Source: Eutreptiella sp. 'Long Island Sound 2002' (Eukaryota; Protista; Euglenida). From it: a DNA stretch of 64,000 nt. The DNA is taken from contig OZ038378.1 in assembly GCA_964036045.1 (NCBI GenBank), positions 53,072,001 through 53,136,000 of the forward strand, written 5' to 3'. The translations under genes and the position numbers were made by a program. A model generated the notes under the pieces. The model worked only from the letters and a program-made list of their open reading frames with translations, ran no database searches and had not been told where the DNA came from. The number at the start of each line of letters is the position of its first letter. Positions within the stretch are counted from its first letter, which is position 1. This document shows, piece after piece, positions 10,020 through 21,490 of this stretch.

Positions 10020-12330
10020 CGGAATCCAATAAACTCAGATCCCCTGTGGGACAGCAATCACATTGCAAACAAATGTAGATTGGTTACCCCATCTTTAACA
10101 TCTCCTCTTCGCACCAATACTCTTCCCCGTGCCAGCTCCGTTTGGTGCTTGACATCAACGGGTCCTGGGCGGCTGCATCAGTCATCATCTTCACAAAATT
10201 CTCCATACCCTCCGCATTGCCCGATTGTGGAGTGGCTTCGGCCACTTGCTCGCTCTCAACAGAGCCTACGAGCCTATTGACTCCAACTCTTGATTAGGTG
10301 CTAGAGGCAAATTGCCTAGTGGTGAGCAATCCCACTTGCTTAGGATCATCTACGACAGTCCAACAGCTACAGGCGGTGCTTTTGTGGCACTTGTGGCACC
10401 ACCACTTAGGTGTTGGTGTGGCCTTCGGTTTCCACTGAGGCTAGCGCCCCAAATCATAGTTCTCATCATGAAGATTTGTGCCTACATCCGGAGGAACATA
10501 GGCCATTCCGATGCGATCAATTGGGAATCCTTTATCTATGAGAGGCAACACATCATTCCAATGAATAGGGGGCACACCGTCTGCTTCCCTCATGCCACCC
10601 ATAGTGGTTTCAACACCTTGGGGAAGACCGTCCACGTCACTCCTCAAAACATGAACATCCAGAACTAGTATAATCCACCACATGGCCCCGGGACAAAGAA
10701 CACTTCGCTATGTTCCTTCCATAAACGCGAGGGGCACTAGAACAGGGGAACTTACAAACTATGAAAATTTCACCGTGTTAGAAATTTTCTACAAATTTGG
10801 CATACAAAATATGAGTGCAATAGTGCGGCATGCGCCTTCTTTGGCATCGTGTGCCGTGTCACAATAGCCATTTGACTCTGCATCATGTTAAAACTTGGAC
10901 TGCAACTGCCCATGTTGTATAGCATGATGTACAGGATACTGATACCCTCTTCTACCAAATCCGACTTGCCTACACATCTGCCAAATCACTAGCCACTACA
11001 AGAGGTTTCCCCATGGCAACGTGCCGTGTAGCAACATTTGGTAGACCAATTGACCGTCCGCCTGGAAATCACCACATGCGGAGCATTCTCAAATTTCCTG
11101 AGCAATATGATCCGCATTTACCTTCCATGCTGTGCGTTCCAGCACCATGTGGCAACTTGCCGGAGGGATTCGTGGGCCCCTTTCTAATAGGCGCTTTCAA
11201 TGCATGGAGAACACAAGGGCTACAGTAGCTAGCAAGCAAAGGTTGCTCGGGACGCTCAATGAGAAATGTGATGGACATGTGTGATCATGCATCCGTATTG
11301 TCCTACTAGAGCGGTTCATCCATCTCGAAGTATGTTGTAGTGTCTGTGCAATATGTAGCATGCAATTCTCTGATTTCTTGTTTGTGGCAAATTTGCGCCT
11401 CGTTTTCAAAAAGCTGCATTTCTTACCCATTATATTAATGCACAGATCGTGGCAAAGATCGCCACATCGCACTGTGGTTCCCAAACGGCTAGGTCCTGTG
11501 AAGTTCGTTGCTCTAGATTGGATTTACTGAGAAGAAGAACCTATGCCACCCGAGTCCTTTTGCTGCAAGGCAAAATTCTAGACATCAACCAATTTGGCTA
11601 ATTTTGTGCACACTTGGCCACACCTCGTGCACCTTTCAAGGTCACTAGTGATGAAGGCAATGTGGCAGATCTTTGGGTGGACGGTGGTGACTCAAGTGCA
11701 GCTCACCCAGTGCTTGTTGAATCCTAGGATTGCTCTGAACGCTATGATCATTCATTTGCCCTTTTGTCTCATGGTTATGTATGCTCGGCAAATGGGTCCC
11801 AACCAAAATTTCTTCCGAGCTACCCAGGCATGGTTGGCCAGAAGAACCATAGAACATTCCTAGCGACATCAGTTGCGTTTTGGAGCCCGATTTGGCTGCC
11901 AAAATGTCCAAGCAATGTTCCAAGGGATTCTGAAAACTTCCAAGTGTGTTCCAACAATGTTCCATACATGAAAGTATGTCGATCTTCGTACCCAAATCCC
12001 TCACCTCAACAAAGAAACACACAAAAAAGAAAAGAAGGCTTTTGGCCTAAATTGGAATTGCGAATGCTGTACTCCCCTTCGCTTTGCATATGTACAAGAC
12101 AACGATCTCTTGACAGGGCATGCACATCCCCCACACGTTCCAAACAATTTCACCTAGCTCTGATCCATGAGTGTGCCTAAAAATTCCCTGATTTCCGGGG
12201 TAGCGGAGCAAAATCATCTGGTTGATCCCAATTGCCAAGAATTGCTGAATATCCTGAACCAGGCGCATGCCAAGTGCAGGGCCTGATCCTTGAAGGGGCA
12301 GGAGGGGGGCAGACATGGTAGTGTCGGAGG
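10020..12330 (-). mobile_element. Probable decayed Kyakuja-Dileera-Zisupton (KDZ)-type transposase
   Basis: Minus-strand motifs in order: CTRCG..LVDV*NFAL (11631-11566), GL..VATRH (RH at 11026-11021), LYNMGSC (10919-10902), MPKKAHAALLHSYFVCQ (10847-10797), HGE (10777-10769). These resemble KDZ D-x-NF, C-x-RH, YD-x-x-C, PKFH-x-x-x-H-x-x-x-CQ and DGE. Many stops and shifts; boundaries approximate. Confidence 0.5.
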
Positions 12331-15300
12331 AATAGAGGAGACAGTATTATTTGATGTATCGCTGGGCTTTGTGGTTGTAATTTGTGACGTCCCGGGCTAG
12401 TACGCGAAGATCAGCCTAAATACGGGTGTGACAAAGTCTTGGATGTAACTAATAGATGGGGGGAGGCCTCTGCATGGGGCTGGGGGGGGGGGGGGAGGGG
12501 GTAGAAAATGGGTTTCTATGTTAAGACCCAAGTACTACCTCGCACTACAAATTTGTTTCATTGAAATTTTGCTGTGTGGACCTCCAAAGTGCGCTGTACA
12601 ATTTCAGTTTTTGAGAAATCGTGGAAACCTCCAAGTGCTTGCTCTCACTAGAACTTTCTTTCATTTAAGTGCGTGGGGTCTACTTGGAGCATCAAACCTC
12701 GAAAGTGCGCCCGACTACCGGCCCTAGAAGAGGGGCCCACGGTTTCGGTTTTTAGCCAAGAAAGTTTTCGTGTAAACCTCCAAGCATTGCCTTGCACCAA
12801 ACCCATTTTTCATTGAAATTGGTGTTGTTTGTGTAGATCACTAGACGTCACAAAAAACACAGCCCCACTGTTTCATATTTTGGAAACTAGTTGTTGTACG
12901 TGAAGCCCCAAATACGAGCTCTGATCCAAAGTTTTTTCATTAAATGCATGATGTCTTCGTAAAGCACTGGACCTCCAAAGTGCGCCGCACCACCATTTCC
13001 GGTTTTTATCAGTATCATTTCTATGTAAGCCGCCAAGTATTACCAAGCACCATATCTTTTTTCCATTGGAACTGCTTTCGTCGACATAGCACATTGGACC
13101 TGCAAAGTATGCTCGACTATTGGCCCCAAGAATAGGGGCCCACTATTTCCGCACTAAATAGCGGTTCTTTGTGGAGCCCCAAGCAATAACTCGCACCACA
13201 CTGCTTTTTCATTGAAATTGGTGTTGTCTACTTGGAGCACTAAACCTCCAAAGTGTGCCCAACTATCTGCTCCAAAACAAGGGCCCATTGCTTTATGGTT
13301 TAACCAAAGGGGGTTCTATTCAAAGCCCCAAATACCAGCTCTCACCGTAATTTTTCCTCATTGAAATTGGTGTTGTCTACTTAGAGTGCTAGGCGTCCAA
13401 GTTGCGCTTGAGGTTCCACCCTTGAACAAGGCCTACCATTTCGCTTGTTAAACAATAGGGGGTCCCTGTGAAGCCCCTAGTTCTAGCTCACACCATAATC
13501 TTTTTTCATTGAAATTGGTGTTGGACCTCCAAAGTGCGCCCGACTACCCGCGCCAATAAATAGGCCCACTATTTAGATTTTAAACTAGTAGGGATGATAT
13601 TCCAAGCCCCAAGTACCCTGTCCTAATAACTCTTCTTAATGGAAATTTGTGTTTTCTAGTTAGAGCACTGGACCTCCAAACGGCACTCCACTATGCGCCC
13701 CCACAAAGGGGCCCATTATTTTCATTTTCAACAAGTAGGGGTTCCATGTCAAGCCCCAACTGCTAGCTCTCACCAGAACCTTTCATCATTGAAACTGGTG
13801 TTGTCCACCGCGAACACTAGGCCTCCAGGGTGGGCTCCACTATTAGCTCCAATACGGGTGCCCACTATGTTTGTTTTGAACAAGGAGGGGTTCTATGTAA
13901 AGCCCCATCCATTACATCGCACCACAACACTTTTTGATTGATATTGGTGTTGTCTACTTAGAGCACTAGACCTCCAAAGTGCACTCGATTGTTCCTCCAA
14001 AGCAGGGGCCCACTATTTCCATTTATCCAAATAGGGGTTCTTTGTAAACCTCCAAGTACCAACTCTCCCCAAAACTCTTTCGTCCTTGAAACTCATGTTG
14101 TTTACTAAGAGCACAAGACATCCACAGTGCGTTTGAACATCCGCATTAAAATACTGGCTGACTATTTCGCTTTTTAACAAATTGGGGTTCCATGTAAACC
14201 CCCAAGTACCAGCTCTCACCGTATTTTTTTCTCATTGAAAATAATTCGGTCTACTTAGAGCAGCAGACCTCCAAAGTCTGCTAGACTATGCGTCCTAGTA
14301 CAACCACCGGCTATTTTACTTTTTAACACCGTAAGCACGGGCTCTCACCAAAATTTTTTTACATTCAACTTCGTGTTGTTTACTTTAATCGCGCGACCTC
14401 CACAATGTGCTCTAGTATCTTCGCCAAAATCCGAGCCCAGTATTTTGTTGTCCAATAACTAGTGGTTCTGTGTAAAACCCCAAGTACTAATGGCTTTGGC
14501 TATGCAGAGCATTGGACCTCCAAAGTGCGCCTAACTATTGGCACCAAAGGACGGGCCCAAAGTTTCAATTTTTAGCAAGTAGAGTTTCTTTATTCCCCCA
14601 TGAATTCGCTTTCAGAATAACCTCTTGCTAATCAAATCGGTGTTGTCTACGTAGAGCACTAGACCTCCAAAAGGCGCTCAACTACCTACCGTAGAACACG
14701 GCCCACTATTTCAGTCTTTAGCCAAAAGAGGTTCTATCTAAAACCCCAACTGGTAGCTCTCACCACAATCTTGTTTCATGGAAAGCTCTTTGGTTTATAT
14801 AGAGGAGTGGACCTCAAAAGCTGAGTATGCGCCCCAAAGAAGAGGCCCACTCTTTCAATTTTTAACACGTAGGGGTTCTACGTACATCTCCAAGCACGTG
14901 GTTTCACCATGACAATTTGTCATTGAAATTCATGTTATCAGCGTAGAGCACTAGAGCTCCAAAGGGCGCTAGACTAGCCGCCCTAGAACCGGCGCCTACC
15001 AAAAAGGGGGCCCATTGTTTCCTAGTTTAACAAGTCGGGGTTCAATCCAAAACTCCAACTACTACCTCCGCCCACGGCTTTTGTTCATTGGTGGTGTCTA
15101 CTTAGAGCACTAGGCATCCACACTGCGCTCAACTGTCCGCTTCACAACACGGGCCCAATGATTCCGTTTTCAACAAGTAGGGGTGCTACGTAAGACCCCA
15201 AGAAGTAGATGTCACCGCAACCGTTTTTTATTTAAATCGTGTTGTCTTTTTGGAACAAAAAATGTCCAAAGCACGGTCAACCATCCGCCCAAAAATAGGG

Positions 15301-17508
15301 GCGCACTCTTTCATGAGGACTCCAAGAGGGGTTCTTTGTAAAGTCCTAAATAATTACTCTCGTTACAACATTTTTTTCGCTAGACCACCAATAGGAGCTC
15401 AACTATCTGCCCCAGAATAGTGGTCCACTGTTTTGGTTTTTATTTGGTGGGATTCTATGTGAAGCTGCAAGTGCTAGCTCTCACCACAACCCCTTGTCAT
15501 TGAAATTGGTCGTGTCTACTTAGAGCACTCGACCCCCAACGGGCGCTAATCCATCCGCACAAAATTAGGACCCACTTATTTCGTGTCTTCAAAAGCAGGG
15601 GTTCTATGTAACTCCCCAAGTTCTGGCTCTCACCATAAGCTTTGTTCATTGAAATTGATGTTGCCTACTTGGAGCACTAGACCTCCAAAATTTGGTCCAC
15701 TATGCGCCCGTGAAAAGGGGCCCAGTATTTTTGGTTTTGTTAAGAAGCAATTGTTTGTAAAACCCTAATTCAATTACTAGCTGTCACCATAACTATTTTT
15801 CCTTGAAATTGGTGTGGTCTACTTAAGGCACTAGAGCTCCAAAGTGCACTTGACTATCCGTGCCGAAACGGCCGCCCATTGTTTCTCTCTATGTTAAGCC
15901 CCAAGTAGCAACTCTGACCATAAGCTTATTTCATTGAAATTGGTGTTGTATAGTTAGAGCAGTGGACCTAAAGAGTGCCGTTAACCATCCGCCGTTAAAG
16001 AGGGGCCCACTATTTCGCTTTTCAACAAAGATAATTTCTATGTAAAGCCCCAAGTACCGGCTCACCCGAATCTTTTTTGATTGAAATTGGTATTGTCTAC
16101 TTAGAGCACCTGACCGCCAAAGTGCGCTTGACTATCCGCCCCTACACAAGGGCCCATTGTTTTATGTTTTCGGCGGTAGGGCGTGTATGCAAAGTCCCAA
16201 ACACCAACTCTCGCCATTGCCATGTTTTCATTGAAATTGGTGTTGTCTACTTAGAGCCACAGACCTCCAAACTGCGCCCCCTTGTCCGCCGTAACGAAAA
16301 TACCAAGCCGCAGCTACCCTCTCATCAAAATTTTTTGCAATCGAATTCACTGTCGTCTAGTTGGAGCACTGGACCTCAAAAAGGGACTCCACTATGCGCC
16401 CCACAAAACGCACGCACTTTTTTCATTGTTCAGAAGTAGGTCTTCTATGTAAAGCCCATAGTGCGAGCTGTCACCGTAACCTTTTTTCATTGAAAGTGGT
16501 GTTGTCTATGTAAAGCACTAGACCTCCAAAGTGCACTCCACTATCGGCCGCAAAACACGGGCTCATTGTTCCAAGCTTTTTAAACAATAGGGGTTCTATG
16601 TGAAGCCCCAAATACCAGCTCTCACAATAATTTTTCTCATTTAAATTGGTTTGGTCTACGTGAAGCACTAGACCTCCTAAGTGTGCGCGGGCATCCGCCG
16701 CAGATTGGTGCCCCACAATTACCGTTTTATTAAGTAGAAGGTCCATGTAAAGCCCCAAGTATTACATTGCCCCAGAACTCTTTTTGATTGAAATCGACAT
16801 TGTATTTTTAGAGCATGCTACCTCCACAATGCGCTTGACTACCCACCCCACATTACAGCATTAGGGGCCCACTATTTCTTTTTTTCACAAACAGTCCTTC
16901 TATGTAAATCCCCGAATACGAGCTCTCACCGTAACCTTTTGTCATTGAAACTTGTGCGGTGAACTTAGAGTCGTAGACGTCCAAAGTGCGCTTCAGTATC
17001 CGCCCTAGAAAGCGCCCCAAAACCTAGCTTTCCCCGGATCTTTTTTTCATTGTAGTTCGTGTCGCCTGCCTGGATCCTTGGACCTCCACAGTGTGCTATG
17101 TTGTTTGATGTCTTCAAAAGTGGGGGTCTATGTAGAACCCCAGGTACCAGCTCTCACCATAACTCTTTTTCATTGAAAGTGGTATTGCCTACTTACGACA
17201 TTCCACCTCCAAGAGGCGCACCACTATGTGCCCCGGAGAAGCGGCCCACTATTTTCGCTTTCATTGAGTAGGGGTTCTATGCAAAACCCCAATTATTGGC
17301 TTTCCGCACATCATTTTTTCATTGAAATTGGTGTGGTCTACTGAAGCATAAACCTCCACAATGCGCTTGTCTGCGCTTGTCTACCCCAATACACGGACAC
17401 CGTGTTTCTCTCTATGTAAAGCCCGATGTAGCAACTCTCACTAGAAGCTTTTTTCATTGAAATTGTGGTCGTCTAGTTAAATTGGTGGACCCGAAAGTGC
17501 GCTCCACC

Positions 17509-18607
17509 CAGGGGGGGGGGGGGGGGGGCAACAGCAAATGTTTCCAACATGGGGGTGTTAACCAAATTTTTCAGCCCCCTCGAAAAAAAGGGTAGTTTGG
17601 GGGGTTTTTGCACATTTCAAACCTGCCCGCCGAAAAAAGGGACAGTTTTTGTATTGAACAAAAACCAAGGCAAAGTAGCACCGTGTGACCCTCACTGGAA
17701 TTTATAATTTTTAGATTGATGCTTGGCACTGGTCCCAGGGCCACAAAGTCTGCACCCTGCAGCCCCTGCTGTCATACCAGAAATTTTCAATTTTTAGTTT
17801 GATGCTTACCACAGGTCTGAGAGTCCCAATTTCTGCTCCCTGCAGCCCCTACTCTCGTACCAGGGATTTTTCATTTTTAGTCTGATGTGTGGGTGTTGCT
17901 CACAAAGTTCTCTTGTGGCGTCATCCACGGCTAATCCGGGCACGTGCCTGGACAAGCTAGGGTGTTCCCGCCATGCAACAGGGCTTGAGTCATGCAACAA
18001 AGTACTTCGGGGACGGATTTTTTTTGCAGCAGGTCGGCCTCACGGTTCACACAAGCCTTGTTGGCAAATGAGCCCTTTGCAAAGGATATCACCGAGTTGG
18101 ATGCTCAACACCTCGGAAGAATGTTGTTGTGTCATGACAAAAACCGAGGACATGTTGTGAAGAGACGAAGACAATGGACATAGGCAAAGACAGAAATTGG
18201 GACCCTGGGACCTGTGGCAAACATCAGACTAAAAATCAAAAATTGATGGCGTGACAGCGCGGGCCGCGGGGTGCAAAATTTGGGACCCTGGGACCTTTGG
18301 CAAGCATAAGACTAAAAATTAAAAATACCCGGGATGACAGCAGGGGCTGCAGGGTGCAGAAATTGGGACTCTGAGACCTCTGGCAAGCATCAGACTAAAA
18401 ATTAAAAATTGCTGTGTGACAGCAGGGGCTGCGGGGTGCACCAATTGGGACCCGGGGACCGGTGGCAAGCAGAGAGAAATCAACAAAACTCAAATGTGTG
18501 AAACGGGTGTTAACCAAATTTTTCAGCCCCTTCGAAAAAGCGGGGTAGTTCGGCCAAACTATACCCTCTGTCGAGAATTAGCATGTCGCCCCCCCCCCCC
18601 CCCCCCG
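17509..18607. mobile_element. Non-autonomous TIR DNA transposon (hAT-like termini), copy 1
   Basis: Starts CA-G18 and ends GCATGTCG-C18-G. GCTCCACC is duplicated at 17501-17508 and 18608-18615. Removing the element and one duplicate restores a normal monomer (AAAGTGCGCTCCACCATCTGCCCC). Contains inverted arrays of 83-bp subterminal repeats. Confidence 0.85.
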
Positions 18608-19643
18608 GCTCCACCATCTGCCCCTGAAAACGGCCCCACTGTTTTTGTTTTTATGAAGTAGTGCTTGTATATAAAACCACAAGTATTCCCTCGCAACAGG
18701 CCGATTTGTGATTGAAATTTGTGTGACTAGACCCCCAAAGTGCGCTTCACCGAAATAGGGGCCCACTATTTCCATTTTTCACAAATAGGGGTTCTACGAG
18801 AACCTCCAAATACTAGCTCTCACCATATCGTTTTGCCGTTGAAATTCGGGCGCACTACTTAAAGTCTTACACTTTCAAAATGTGCTTGACTATCGGCTTG
18901 AGAACACATGCCCACTATTTTACGTTTTAACAGGTAGGGCCCGCTTGTACGGTTGCAAAACCCAAACAACACCCGAATTTTTTTCACTCACACTTATGTT
19001 TTCTACTTAGATACTTGGTCCTCCAAAGTGTGTTGTCGTATCCGCGGGAAAATAGGGGCCCGGTTGTTTCATGTCTTTAAAACTGCGGTATCAATATAAA
19101 GCCTCAAGCACCACATGCCTTTTTTCATTGCAATTGGCGTTGCCTACTTAGAGCATCGGACCTCGCCATATGTGTGCCCTCGAAAAGGGGCCCACTGTGT
19201 TTGTTTAATTGAGTAGGGATTTCGATGCGTAACCCAAGAACTAGCTCTCACCATAACTATTTTTCATCGAAATTGGTAGTGCTTCAAAGTGCGCTACACT
19301 ATGCGCTCCAAAACACAGGCCCAGTGTTGCTCTCCACGTAAAGCCCCAAGTAGCCACTCTCACCATAATTTTTTTCATTCAAGTTGGTGTTGTCTGCTTA
19401 GATGAATGGCCCTCAAAAGTGCGCTCGGCCAATAGCCCCTGAACAAGGGCCCACTTTTTCCGTTTTCAACAAGTAGGGGTTCTATGTAATTTGCCAATTA
19501 CCGGCTCACACGCGACCCGCTTTTCGTTCAATTTGGTGTGCGCTCAATCTTGGGTCCCACAACAAGGCCATGATTTCCATGTTTAACAACAAGGGCTTGT
19601 ATGTAAAGTCCCAAGTATTCGATGGCCATAACATTTTTTTGTC

Positions 19644-21490
19644 CCCGGAAAAGAGGGGCGACTCTGCGGGTCGTAGGACGCCAACTCCCCCCCCCCTAGG
19701 GGCCTTCGGTCAACAGTTAGTTGCCAAAGGTGTTGCCCTCAAGCATCCATGGGCGCCTAAGCCCTCCATGCTCCATGAACACCAAAGGTGCCTTAAGGAA
19801 AATTTTGTCCAATTTGCACACGAGCACTATCCTTAAAACCAACCTTGAATCACGCCCAACCCCAACCCTCAGCCTACTCCTACCCGAACACCTAATCAAG
19901 ACTGAATATTGGGACCGAGCTGGTGGGGGAGGGAACATCAGCTATGACTGGTGAGGAACATCAAGAATGATTCACACATTGATGGCTCTTGACAAAGTGA
20001 AATCAGCTTGCACGTGAACCCCATCACCACGAGGCACACTTTCAAGGCTTTTTGGACTTCACAGGGGCCAAAATGCCCCAAAACGGGCTCAAAATGGGCC
20101 CATTTCACCCGTTTGTGCACCCCAAATGGTCGAGGATGAGGTTTGGAAAAATGTGTTTTTGACCCACTTTTGACCCATTTTTGGTCCCAAAACAGCCCAT
20201 TTTCAAGCCATTTTGGGATTTTTGGAGGACCAAAATGGGCCACCACAAGCTCAAAACGGTCCAAAAACACTTGTTTTAGCGTCGCACATGGTCTAGGATC
20301 ATTTTTGAGAAAAGTCATCTTTTTGCCCCTACTGGACCCTGTTGACCCATTTGGGCACCCACCTGTTTGGGCTTGAGCTTGCAGCTTGCCGCAGCCTAGT
20401 GGGCCTAGGTATTGGGGTCTAAGCGTCCATTTGGGCCATTCTAAGGGGTGGAAACCACAAAAAGTGGGGGGTTGCGGGTGCAGTAGGTGCCCTAGGAATC
20501 ACATTTTGAGCCATGTAGCCAAAGATATGGCCTATTCTTGGTTTTTTGATGTCGCCATTTGGCGCTTTTGGGGGCCTTTTTAGGCCGTTTCCGGGACATA
20601 TCATGGAGTTAGAGGGCCGCAAAGAGCTCGTTGACACGGGGAAGTCACGCCGCACATGGAGTGTACCCACTGTTTCCCTTCGTTTGGCCGTTTTGAATGT
20701 GTTCCAAGGCTTTTTTGGCCCAAAAATGGCTGTTTTTGGCCCTAAACTGCATTTTTTAAAACTGAGGTCCGCCACTTGCGAATCCCGTTCCCGGCCGCCA
20801 CCGTGGAGTTTCTTGCTCAAACTTTGTGTGATGGTACTTCACATCCATAGGTATCATCCACCAAAATTTCACCCGAATCCGAAGCACCGGGACGGAGTTC
20901 TCGTTTTTCCCCATTTCGCGCGCGCGGCTTGCTTGCTTGCTGCTTGCTGCTTGCTTACTTGCTGCCTGCTGCTTGCTGCTAAACCTGGTAGGTCCACCCT
21001 AGACACTAAAAAGGGTTATAAAACCAAGACTGGTTCCACCAGCTCGGTGACCCTCACCGTAACCCTAGCCCTAACCCTAGCCCTAGCTCTCACCCTAGGC
21101 TAGGGTCCGAGTGAGTGTTGGGGTCCAAAATGGAGAGCAATCATGTGGCAAAAGCAGCCATAAACAAAAATTGGGGGAGCTTGTTCAGTTCAATTAACAT
21201 GGCTGGCATGGCCAAACCAGGTTGCTGCAAAGGTTAGGGTTAGGTTTATGGTGGTGGTATGTTTAGAGGGAGGGCAAGGGCAGGTAAGGTTAGCTTGTGC
21301 CTCCTCTCCCACCTGGAACCCCACCACAACCACCACCCCGAATTGCCCCACTTGCCCCCCCCGCGCCCCCCCCCCAGCCGACTCTCCCCCCCATTCGCCC
21401 CTCCTTGAACCCCCCCCCCCCCTCCCCCGAAGGGCCTGCGGCCAACAATTAGTCCGAGGGGTAATTGTGCCCCCTCCCCCCCCCCAGTGA
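19644..21490. mobile_element. Composite insertion in the satellite, copy 1
   Basis: Non-satellite block flanked by TTTTGTC on both sides (19637-19643, 21491-21497), at the junction between HOR monomer types M13 and M1. Contains telomere-like tracts, C-rich ends and a nested TIR element. Confidence 0.75.
19914..21048. mobile_element. Nested TIR element (13-bp perfect inverted termini), copy 1
   Basis: ACCGAGCTGGTGG (19914-19926) and CCACCAGCTCGGT (21036-21048). The interior has TTTTGACCCA-type short repeats and a GCTT/GCT microsatellite (~20928-20980). No clear target duplication. Confidence 0.7.

Noticed and set aside
9858-12501. C13 run (9858-9870) and G run (12482-12501) as terminal inverted repeats of the KDZ-like element
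   Set aside because: Complementarity beyond CCCCAG is weak, no target duplication is seen, and the C run already pairs with G12 at 9802-9813.
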